Source: Lama glama | Taxonomy: Eukaryota | Direction: 5' to 3' | NCBI GenBank assembly: GCA_028534125.1 | Contig: CM052842.1 | Span: 3,720,001 to 3,784,000, forward strand | Length of the DNA: 64,000 bases | Made by a program: the position numbers and the translations under genes | Part shown: piece by piece, positions 36,201-48,200 of the stretch | Numbering within the stretch: position 1 is the first letter of the stretch | Layout of the letters: each line of letters opens with the position of its first letter | Notes under the pieces: generated by a model | Told to the model about the DNA's origin: nothing | Seen by the model: the letters and a program-made list of their open reading frames with translations, nothing else | The model's database searches: none

Positions 36201-39200
36201 ACTGGAGCCAGGGTGTCCCCGCCAGAGGCTTGCTTTCCAGTAAAAGTCTGGCTGTTTCACAGCATTTCACCCAAGACTGGCCTTGACTGTGGCACGCCGG
36301 GGGAGAAGGAAATCGAGGAGAAACATCTCTCCTGCCTGCAGGCTCCTGGGCCGCGGGGCTGCCTGTGCTTCCGAGTCCAGGCGGCGCCGCGGGCTGGCCA
36401 GTCAGCTTGGGCAGGTTCACCCCCAGCTGCGCCGTCGCTGGGCCTGGCCGGGGTCTGGGCTTCCCTTAAGGGGAGCGGAGCTCAGCGTCGGGGGTGGATC
36501 TGGGGCGCATGGATTTTGGGCTCCTCGCTGTTTTGAATTGTAAGTGTGTAGATTCAGGATGAATGGGTTCCGCCTGCGTAAACGCTGCCAGGGCGACTCC
36601 AGAAGTGGTTTCTTCTGAAGGAGGTGAAAGAGCCCGTGGGCGAGTGTGGAAGCCCTCTCTGAGAAGGGCCAGCGCCCCGGTCTAAAGCCTGAGACGCCTG
36701 CAACACTGCCCTGAGGACCAAGGGCTGTGGCTGACAGGTGCCCGGAGCGTATGGGGCCAGCTGGGGGTGATGACCGCCCTCTCTGTAATGTCAGTGGAAA
36801 ATAATGGGGTGTCTGTTACTCCATCTCTAGGGTGAAGTTGGGGAGCGGGGCCTGGCAGGCCGACCCGGAGAGAAGGTCTGTTTGTTCGCTCATTCATTCA
36901 TTCGTTATTCTGCACTGCACCTTGTATCAGCTGTCTTCCTGGAGTCACGCCATTCATTCCATAGGCATTTATTTACCCAGTGACTGCCAGCATGCCCTGT
37001 GCGTGCGCTGCAGTGCTGGGTGCTGGGGGCACCACCATCAACCAGGGGCAGCCGAACAGGTGCAGTGAGCAGTGCCATGCGGGTGAGGGGGGGAGGACAT
37101 CGGGGAGGCCCCTCCCGCAGACTCGGGCTGGGAGGTGACACTGTGGCTGCTCCAAATGAGGCGTTAGACAACAAGGGAGGAGAAACAAGGGTTCCTGGAC
37201 AGGGAAGAGCGAAGAGAAGGAGCTTGCGGGCCCCAGCGAGCAGACGCTCTAGAACCCCCTTTATTTGCTTCCCATGTTACCTCCGCTAAGCCAGAGGGCC
37301 TTGGGGGGCTGCACTGCAGGAGGTGGAGAGCGCATGCCCCTCCTCCTGACCCCCAGAAGTGCCTCCTCACCGAGGGCCCACTGAGCACAGGCGCCGTGTT
37401 CTTTCCACAGGGAGAGGCGGGGCTCCCAGGTTCTCCGGGATTCCCAGGCGTGCAGGGAGAGAAAGGAGAACAGGTGAGTGGTGGCAGCTTCTTCCCAGCA
37501 AGGCCGCCCTGCCTGTGCCCGTGGAGAGCAGCCCCCTTTGTTGTCTAAGACCTTGGGGGATGGGTGACCCTTTTGGCTGGGATTAGCGCATATTTCCCCA
37601 GCATTTACAGAAGAGAGAGGGAAGGGGGTCAGGCTGCTGTGGTCTATGAACTGGAACAAAAGGCCAGTGGCCGAGGGGTCTCCCTGGAAAGGGTGGAGCA
37701 TCTCCAGGTGATATTTTTGGGAACAGGGTGGGTGGCGTCATTTGTCAGGTGCCCAGTGGAGAATTAGAGGCTTCGTGTTTAACTGACAGGACACCCCTTG
37801 GACTTGGCCTTAGCCATGTCAGGGCAGGTTGGGGAGAAAAAAAGTATTTTGCCCAAGGTCCCAGTGCCCTTACCTGGAAGAGGCCGTCATTACACTCAGT
37901 TGAGTTCTCATGTTTTCTAATTTCATCTTTCTCTGTAGGGAGAGAAGGGGGAGCGGGGGCTCCTGGGACTGAAAGGTGACCGAGGAGAAAAGGTAGGACT
38001 GCTGCTGTCACCCTGGCCATCAACCCTACGAGCCGCAGAGCCTCCCCTCCATAGTTTGTGTGCACTGTCTGCAGTGAGCGCCATTCTCGGAGTCAGAGAG
38101 GTGGCCTGGGTTACAGTCCTGGTTCCACCCGATGTGAGCATCTTATTTGACCTCGCTGTGCCTCCCTTGCTGGCCTGAAAGTGGTTCCACTAATATAGGC
38201 CGGTATCCACAGGCAGCTGGTTCCAGGAGCCCCTGCAGATACCCAGATCCATGGATGCTCAAGACTCCTATTTAAAATGGTGGCATATGAGGAATAGCGG
38301 ACCCCTCGGGAGGCGGGGCTGACTGTACCTCTCCCCAAGGGGTTTAGTAAAGCGTAGGTACTCCTCTGCTTGGGGAGTGAGTTCCTGCGGGCTCACTGTG
38401 CGCCAGGCCCTTGGGAAGCACTGCACGGGTAGTGACTCAGGTGATCCGCATGGCAGTCCAGAGAGGGGTCATGTTAGCAGCAATGCCCCAGTTTTCAGAT
38501 GAGGAAGCTGAGGCACAGAAGACCAAGCTGCCTTCCCGGAGCTGCGGGGATGGAGGGCGGTCGGGTCAAGACCTGAACCTCAGTCTGGGCCCAGCGTCCT
38601 GGCTCCTGGCAGAACCACACCTCACACGGGCCTGGCCCGAGGCGGAGTTGGGGCCTGAGGAATGGTCACCGCCCGAAGGGCGCCCCCCACCGCCCTCACC
38701 CCTCTCCCCAACGGTGCTGTCAGCTTGTTCTCCCAAGTGCGCACTTTCTTCCCCTGCAGTGTCCTGCTCTCCTTCTGCCCTGACTCCCATCCCCCTCTGC
38801 CCGGCTTTGTTCTGGGCGGACCTGCCATCTGTATATAAATAGAGATCCTGGAATGGGCAGGGCTTTGGTGGGTGAGCCATCAGACCTGCTGCTTTCCTGG
38901 GCATTTTCACTTGAGCAACTCATTTCCGGGCTGCGGAGGAGTCAGTGAGACCATTAAGCCCCTTTCGTTGCTTTGGCAGAATCGCCGGGGCCACGGCAGA
39001 ATCACAGTCAGGCTTCCAAAGACTGTTCTGCTTTTCTTTTCCTCCGGAGAAATATGTAATAATAGACCATTCTGGTTTTAAAAAAATCTAAAACAAGACA
39101 TTAAAGCCGCATTGCCCCGGCTGACTGCCTGTGCATCCTGGCCTCAGCTCTCCTGTCCACGCCCTCCCTCCCGCCTGCTGTGAGCATTTTGGCTCCAGGG

Positions 39201-42200
39201 CGTCTTGGAAAGTAGATGTGATATGACTTCCCATCAGCTGGGGCCTAGAGAGTTAAACCACGGAGAGGCTGGGATGGGAGCCCAGGCTGGTCACCTTAAC
39301 TCCAAAACTCACAGACCCTTCTGCAGCCGAGCCTCGGTCTCCAAGTCAGAGAGCTGCCCGGGCCCTACCCCGTTGGCCCCCGACCCTTCCTTCACTCCGC
39401 AGCCCTGGGGGTGGGGGGCAGTCTCGAGGCCCTCGGGGTTGGAGACCCGTCTCTCCCCCGTCCTCTTCTTGTTTACGTCTGTTCGTACGTTTCACTGGGA
39501 AAAACCCTCAGCTCTGAGCTTTGAGTCCTTTGGACTTTTTAACACAGGGTCAGTAGGTTTAGATGAGACTGGTTCTGGAGCGTGAGGTTAAAAGTGTCAG
39601 GGAGAGAGCTGGGTAAACTCAGATAACGCAGGTAGCACTGAGGAAGGATCTTTCTCTCCGAAGCATCTGGAACAGTCAGGGGAATGCTGCTCAGTGTCTA
39701 AGGGCTTGAATTCTGAGTCTAAAACCAGGGTGAGCCGTTTGCTGGCTGTGAGACTGTGGGCAGTAGCTGTTCGTTCGTTTGTCCACTGATAACCACGTGT
39801 GGACCCGGGCCTGCAACAGGCCTGACCCTGGGCTGCTGGGAACACAGCTGGGCGTAGACATCCATGTGCTGACACCGTGGTGGCTCACGTGGTTCGACAG
39901 GCTTTGGGGACCATTCCTCCTGCGTGGAGCAGCCCAGGGACCTCCTTTCCTCAGGGAAAATGCGGTAACAGTTTCCTCCTTGTTGCGCCTCTGCTGAAGA
40001 TGACTTCACTCATGTCCCCGTATGATGCTGGGAGCTGTATGTACTGGTATCATTATTTTGCAAAGAGAAAAACAAGCCAATAGAGGTAAAATAATGTACA
40101 AAATGGTAGAGTTAGGTTTCAAGCTCAGGTGATTCAACTCCCCAGCCTGTGCTGTTCACAGGAATGCAATGTTGGTCCCCCAGCCCCCTGAGAAGAGCCT
40201 GTCCCCTTCAGAGAGGGTGGGGCAGGGCCCAGGGGGGCCTGTAAGGGGGCTCAGGTCTTTGCACTCCAGCGCAGCTTGGGGTGTTTGCTGCAACAGGTGG
40301 GGAGTCACCCAAGTGTCATCAGCAGGCAGATGGACAGTGGATCAGTGTTCCCATGCGCACCATGCAGGAGTGCAGAGTGATGTAAATGGCCTGCAGCAAC
40401 ACACGGCAGCGTAGACACTTCTCACAACACGAGGCTTCGTATACCTGAAATATTTTATAATTCAGGATCAGTCTGTCTTATCAAGATTGATGCTGGTGGG
40501 TGATTCTGTTGTCTGGGGCGAGGTGTCCCAGGACGAACAGGGTTGGGGGCAGGGTTAATTGTAGTTTATTTTCTATTTCTTCATCTAGGGTGATGCTGGC
40601 CCAGCCGGCCCCCCTGGCTCACCTGGAACTGTAAGTGACCCTTCTCCTCCTTTGAATTCCTGGGGCACTGGGATGTCCCCTCCCTCCACACATACCGCTT
40701 AGTCGCAAACATCGTTTCAAGGGAGTTTGCCAATAGCTAGACCTGTTCCGAGGTCTCATAACCCAAAAATGCATAAGCTCCTCTGAGAACCACCTCGTGT
40801 TCATTGACTGACTTTATTCAGCAATTACAGTTACTGTTTGTCCGAACATTGACTAGATGCTGAGAATCCACACCTGCCTATTGCTTGTGGGGAAACAGAG
40901 GTCCAGAGACAGGAAGCAGCTTGTCCGGGGTCAGGCTTCAGGGTGGACGTACAGCCCTAACTCGTGCCTCCGCCGTCCTCGGGTCTGAGGCTGGGCATCG
41001 TGAGCTGGTGTTGAGCAGTGAGTGAGGGCCAGGGCTTTGGAGCTGGAAACAAGTGGGTTTGAACCCCAGCTGCGCCATTCACCAGCACTCACCAGCGCTG
41101 TGGTCTTAGATATGCTGCTCAATGTCAGAAACTAGGTCTTCTCAGCTGTCAAGAAAAATGTTCTACCCAGCCAGCTTGCACATTTATAGTGAAAATTAAC
41201 TGAAATAATGTCAGATATATAGCTCGGTTTCTGGTACATAATAAACACTAAATTTTTTAAAAACCTGTATAAGTATGTGAACATATTCGGCATGCTTTTT
41301 TTCATTTGAATGTTCCTTCCAAGCCTGGATGTTCTATGCTTTGATCAGATGAGTTCGGGGAAGGTGGACATGGCTCCGGGTGCTGGCCATGACCGGGCAA
41401 GTAGAGGTTGGTGGTTAGGAGCCAGGGCAGGGGCCTGCCTGGAGGGCAGGAGATAGAAGAGCCTGAACACCCAGAAATCTGCGTGCAGTGCATTAGAGAG
41501 CTGTGCTCTGTGGTTTCTATGTGTGTTAATCATGATTCCTCAACTCGGTCTCCTCCCGACACACACGCCCATCAGCACGAGACTGACCATTCCGTGAAGA
41601 TGTGGCAAGAATCTCAGAATCACGTGCAGAGTCGAAACTGGTCGTGTACAGTTTTTTGTTTATTTAACACAGGCAGGCACGCAGAGAGATGAGCACCGCT
41701 GTCTGGTGAGAGCATGTTGGTGCACTTACTTGAGAAGTTCCTTGGTGTTAACATATCATGAAGTGTCTGCCCGTTAGTTTAGAGAGTCTCTTTCTTGGCA
41801 TCTCTCCTAAGAAAACTACTTGCATTGTGTTTTTTAAAAACTTACAAAAATTTACATTGTGGTGTTACTTAGAATGAAAAATTACAGGCAGCCTGCATGA
41901 CCAGAAGCAAAGAATAACTAGCCCACAGGATAGCCATATTATGGAATCCTACTTCATTAAAATAAATATGCTGTGTGTACGGCTTTAAAAAGATACCAGT
42001 ACTCAGGAAAGATAAAGTGGAAAGAGCGATCGGTGAATTACGGCACGTGTCAAGGTTAGCATGGCTGCTGCCCACGCACGATGCCAGCCCCTGCTCCCGC
42101 GTTTGCTGGCTGGGGGGACTTCATTAAGTAGTTTCCTTCTCTGTCCTTCGTTTTTCTTATGAATGAAGCAGGGCAAAAACAGATCAGCGACCTCTCAGAC

Positions 42201-45200
42201 TTCCCGTGAAGAACATATAAGTTAATACGTGGAAACAACCATCGGTAACAATGCTCGCCGTTACTGTTCGTGTAACTCTCACACAAAGTCGTGCGTCTCC
42301 GCACATTTATAATTGTATGGAAATATATACAAATGGGTCTGAAAATATCTAAACTGGAGAACAGGAGACGGGGAGGTAAGGTTAGGAAATCTCTTTTTTT
42401 CCTTCTGTTTTGAATTCATTGTGTTTTTTACTAGAATCCATGATATCCTTTTGTCCATTCATTTTTACTTGAGCCCCGGCTGTGAGCCGGGCATTGGCAA
42501 AGTTTGGACCCTCTGGGGCTTACAGACTAGCCAGGAAGATAAACTCTAGTCACATAGTGCCCCAGATAAACATATCTTGCAAATTATAGTAAACGCATTC
42601 ACAGAAAAGGGCAGCGTGCATGCCACGGGGTCTAATTTATATTTGAGTGGTGGGAGCGAGGGGGACCTTCAAAGACACGATGTTCAAACAAGCCCCACAG
42701 GATGGGCTTAGTCAGTTAGATCAAGGGAGGAGGCGAGCGTGTTCCAAGCCAGAGGAGCAGCCTGCGCGAAAAAGCGTTGGGGCTGGAGAAAGCACGAGGC
42801 CTGGGAAGCATTCAGTGCTGCGTGGAAGGAGGGCCACGCAGGGGCCAGTCCGCGGGGTGTTCATCTGCCGAGACAGAGTTCATATCTGCTGAGCTCTCTG
42901 TCCCCAGAGCTGCGCTCCTGCAGCTGGCATCCTCCTCACCTGCGTCGAAGCCAGTAGACGCTGAAAGTGAAAGGGGGACTGGTTAGGGACCCAGCCATCC
43001 CGGCCGGCCCTGATGATTTGCATGAATGATTGCATTTCGGCCTCACCACACCCTGAGCAGAGAACATCCATCCCCTCCTTACCACTGAGAGCGCAGAAGC
43101 TGCTCGCTGTCTGAGGGCACCCAGTGTCAGGTGGGGGCGATGGGATCTGAGCTTGGGCCGCGGGCCTCGAGTTTCCACCTCTAACCACTGTGCTTTCCTG
43201 ACTTCATAAATCCTCAGGGGCTTTAAAGGAATGTGTGATCCTAATTGTCGAAACAGTACTCATTGGAGGAACCCTTGGGGCTGCGTTCTCCACTTGGTAA
43301 ATCTCTCAGAGGCAAGCTTTTGAAATGAATTCACGTTTTCCCAATTTCTGTGGTTTCCTTTTCAGACGTCCCTCTTCACGCCACACCCGAGACTGCCAGT
43401 AAGTAGCAGTGGCCCCATGTCCCCCCAGGGTGCTGCCTGGTATCCCCCCAGCCTGGCTCACCATGTCCGCAGGTGCTCTGGGAGCTGGGCTGGGCTGCAT
43501 CCTGACTGTCAGCGCCACGTGCGAGTCACGTGCCAGACCTTGTCCTGGCAGCCGGTGGGGATCGGGCCCTGCAAGGAACCGGCTCCACGTCAGGCAGGAC
43601 GTTCCAGGGGGGCCTGGGGGTTGCCTCCCAGTAGCCAAGGGCAGAGGCCAGCCCTCTCTTTGGGTCAAGCTCCGCTTCACTACCTGGAGGGGCTGGTGGC
43701 TCCCAGGAGGACAGGATCTCGTGACTTTCAGAAGATGAAAGAGCAGAGCAGACAGCTGCTGTGGGTGTCAGCAGTGAGGGGACCCGGGACTGGAGGGGAC
43801 AGGTCTAAGAGGGGCTGCTCAGAGGACACGGAGTGCTGAGCTGGCTTGGGGGTGTGGCTGATGGCGGGAGAGCTTATGGCTTCTTGTGACGACGCAAACA
43901 CGAGACAGAAAAGGAAGGTCACCGTGGCTGCAGCCTCTAGGAACCCTGCCCTACGCCTCCCATGAGCGGCTCCAGTGACAACGAGCATGTGCAGGATGGC
44001 TGGTACCCTTGACAACACCGAGGGCAGCAGACTCGCCTCCCTTGTTCGTTTGCTCTCGGCCGCACTTCTCCGGCATGAGGACTTGCTCCGCTGCACCACG
44101 CGCGGCGGCCCAGAGGCTTGTGTGGGGAATCCTCCTCCGCGTTTTCACCACTGAGTAGACACGGCCTCCGAAGCTAAGACGCATCCTGTGTACAGTGGGA
44201 AAGAACAGAGTAGGAGGGAAGAGCGAGCTGGTGCCAAAATCATCCAGGAGCCGGGGGATGTTGAGCTGCTTTGGAGGAAGAGCTGGGAGGAAGCGGGGGC
44301 AGGAGGGCCTGCCCCTGGGCAGCGCGGGCTGCAGGGGGGCTGGGAGATGCCTGCGGAAGGGGTGGGCTCGGGGCCCTGGCTGTGTCCTCTCCTGTCTCAG
44401 GGGAAGGGCTCGAAGGGTCAGGGCACCAGAGCATCCAGCGCGGCAGGCGGGGTGCAGGCGCCGCTCCCACATCCCTGAGGGCTGCAGATGCGCCATGTCA
44501 CAGACGATGGCGCCTGGCTCAGAGGAGCGAAGTGCCTTGCAAAGGGCCCTCCTGAGATAGGAATTGAGATGAAGTTTTCGGCCACAAGGCCCTGGAGGAG
44601 CCGCTGTCCCCACCCGCTGCTGAGGTTCAAGCCCCGCCCCGTGGGTGGCACCAGCCCCCATCACACTGCCCCACCGCCTCTGGCCTCCAGAGCCACATCC
44701 ACCTCACAGTGCTTCCCACTCCTCCATCCTCTGAGTCTCCCTCCCTCAGGCCCACCCTGAGCCCCTAAAGCCTGGGGCAAGTCTGCACATCCAGCCTGTC
44801 CTTAAAGGAATTGCTCCATACAGGATGATTTCCAAGGTGTTCCCCTGGAGAGGCAGCTGAGCTGGAGCCTGGGGCCTGTCCAGCCTCCCCTTTGAATCCC
44901 AGTGGTGACCCCTTCCTACAGTGTCTGAGCTTTGCAGAAACCAAGAAGCCGTTTTCAGATGCAAAGCAAGGGGATTGTGTCCATGAAAAAAAAAAAGATT
45001 CATCGTGGATTATTGCATGAATTCCTCTGGGGCCTGGCCTCATTGCCATGGTAACCATGTTTGTATTGATGGTTTTTAAAGATGTTCTTCTGTTTGACTT
45101 CTCCCTGTTCCCAGCTGTGTGCCTTTGAGTCCCTGCACAGAGGGAGGGGCCGGGAGACTTAGATGGGCGGCGAAGTTTGCGGCACAATTAAGAAGGGAAA

Positions 45201-48200
45201 CAGAAAGGGGGAGGGGGTCGGGAAGTAGAGCCCCAAACCCTTCTGCTCCAGGATCGCAACGTCTCCAGGGGATGTCGGGCACCACACAGGGGTGGGGGGC
45301 TCGAGGCGGTGTGGGGCTGGCAGTTTGTGAGAACAGAGCAGGGACTGCTAGGTGGGTGCAGGTGTGGAGAGGGCAGAGGAGAGAGGGCCCATCCCTTATG
45401 GGAGGAAGGAGGGGCAGGCGGCCTCTGCTTGGAGAAGTGGCAGCTGAGAGGTCAGGTGGGGCTTCGTCACTGGGAGGCTCGCAGGTGATTCAGAAGCAGC
45501 CACCGTGGGAAGGCCGCCGGACTGCACCCCCTCAGCCTGAGAGGGGTCCCAGGACGCCCAGCCAGTGCCCTGCGTTTGCTGAGCCCAGGGGAGGATTTGG
45601 CTTGGCTGCCATCACCGGTAGGGGGCAGTCGGAGGAGAATAAAGCCAGTTGAGCTCACCCATTCCGCATTCAGCAGCCGTTAGTCATCATCTGCTGTGCA
45701 CCCACGAGAAGCCTCTGCCTCTGGGCTCCCGGGCCCCGGGTGGATAATGAGCATCTTGCCTGAGTCCCCAGGGCCCCTCCTCTGGCCTGGCCTGAGCCTG
45801 CCCCTGCCAGCCCCAGCGTGCAGGCTTCTCTCCTGTGTGTCACCTGAATCCACCCCGTAAGCCCTTCTGTCTTCACGGATTGTGTCTCCAGAGACTTGAG
45901 GCCCAGGCAAAGAATTTTGCAAATCCCCCCACGGGAAATTTTCTTGGAGGAAGTAAGAATATTGTTTGGTGACTGGAGCCAGAGTGTGCTCTTCTCAGCT
46001 GGTGGGAAATGGAGATTCTGGAAGAAGGCATGAGCGCACGCCTGTAACCTCTTCTGTGTCGGCAGCACGAAGCCCTCTGCAAGAGCAGTCATTTACTCCG
46101 GTCACAGCTCTCCTATGGGGACCACACAGATTTCACTCGACAGGTGATGCAGAGAGAGAGTGGGGACCGCAGCCCCAGGCCATGCAGACACTAACTCTGC
46201 GATCAGTGATGAGGTTGTGGGAGGCCAGGCAGGAGCCTCTGGGGCAGGGACTCCGAAACCTGCCCACGTGTGGGTACAGGAAGCGCCGTGGGACCCACAA
46301 AGGGCTGCGGCCGTCTGTACTGCTGCTTCTCCGACGAAAGGCTTAGGACTAGCTCGCCCCAGGCTCCCCAACTCAGATGGTAGACTGCCTTCTGGAACCT
46401 TCCAGGGTCCTCTCCAGACCTCCTGGTCTCCACAGCCTTTGCCTTCAAACTCCCTACCTGCACAGGACCCCCTTCTACACTCAGGGCAAATGCTCATCCC
46501 TTCTCTCTTTGGGCCTTTCTGCAGACGGGGAGCCCAGTGTCTCCCTAAGCAGCCCACCGCCCTCTGGAGGCTCCTTTAGTGAGACCCAGGCCTGGCCCTT
46601 CTGCTGCGCGTGCTGGCTGTTCCTCTGCTCTCCCCAAAGAGCCCGCAGACACCTGCGCGTGCCCTTTGTTAGTGCATCCTCATCCTGTGTGAAACAGGGA
46701 ACCCCTACCCATTTTGCAGATCTAGACACTAAGGTCACTGTGGGCCAATACTTTGCCCGAGGTTACAGGGCTGGCGAGCTGGAGACCTGGCATTCCAGGC
46801 CAGTCTGTGTGGTCCGCGGTCTACTGTCCCCATGGTGTCCCCATCCCACATGCTGGCCCTAGAGCCGCGGGAAGGCAGGGACCTGAGCCCTTCCAAGTCT
46901 GCCTTTGTTACAGTGTCCTGTCTGCCCACCTTCTCCCCGTCACCTGTGAAGAGCAGGGTGGGGGTCTCCTGTCCCTCCAGCCTTCCTGGGAGGTATGAGG
47001 GGAGCCCTGGGTGTGGCACCAGTGGATGAGGAGAAGGACCGATCCCTCCCCCATGAGATTGTCCCATCCCAGGAGCCCCGACACTATGTACTCCTTCCCA
47101 GCCCATGCCCGTCTCTTCTGTAGCAAAAGTTAGAAACGCCATTCTGTCCATGAGAGTCCAATGTTCGGTTCCCATTCTGTCCCCGAAGGGCTGGATCTGT
47201 TGAACAAAGCCCCTTCCTCAGCTTCTCCATCAAGACAAGAAAGGGGTTGGGTCAGGGGGCCGAGAAAGACCCTTCTTCCTCCCTGCATCCTTCCCACTGG
47301 TCACTGATGGGCTCCCGCTAGCCAGGCTCTGGGCTGGGGGGACAGGAATCAGACCACACAGAGAAGTCGGCTGCTGTGGTGCCCGGTGCCGAGGGGGAGA
47401 AAGACTGACGTGCGAGCCTGCAACAGCAGGGCTTGGCCCGGCTCAGGAGTCATTCTCCCTGAAGAAGGCGTTCTTGACCTTAGATCTGAAGGATGAGTAA
47501 GGCTCTGTCGGAGTCTAGTGGCGTCTGGCTGGAGGGGAGAGGCCCCAGGCCTAGGGGCAGCCCGGGGAGGACGGGTCTGGAGCCTTGCAGGACGGGAAGG
47601 CCCGTGTGGCGGGTCTGGGAGCGGGCTGAGCGCGTCTGTACTCTGTGCTTCTCTGCCATCAGGGAGAGCCAGGGCCCAAAGGAGAGAAGGGCGATCCCGG
47701 CGCGCCTGGGGACCCGGTGAGTGCCCTGTGCTCGGCCCCACACCCCTGCTCCACGCCCCTCCCTCTGTGCGGCTGGTTTCCCTGAGACAGGATGCTGAGA
47801 GCAGAGCAGCTGCAGGTCTGAACTGCGCACAGGAGCCCTGCTGAACCAAATGAGGCCCCTTCCTCGTCCCTCAGGGGTCCAAGGACACCCCCCCGTGGAT
47901 CTCAAATTATGCCCATTGCACGTGTCCAGGCCTCCCCCACCTGCCCAAAGCGAGGGGTTACCCGGTCCACTGATGGGTTGTTTCATTGCAGGGACCACAG
48001 GGTCATCCTGGAGAACTGGGGCCTCAGGGACCCACTGGACCACCGGTAAGAAAACCCTCTGTCCACCTGTTGCCTCGAAATCCCCACCAGCCCCTCCATC
48101 TCCTGCTGGCCCTTCTCACCTGCCATTCCCGGAGTGTCCACCGGGGCGCTGCTGGGACTGCATGAGTCCAGGGCTTTGGCGCTGAGAGGGCCCCACAAAG

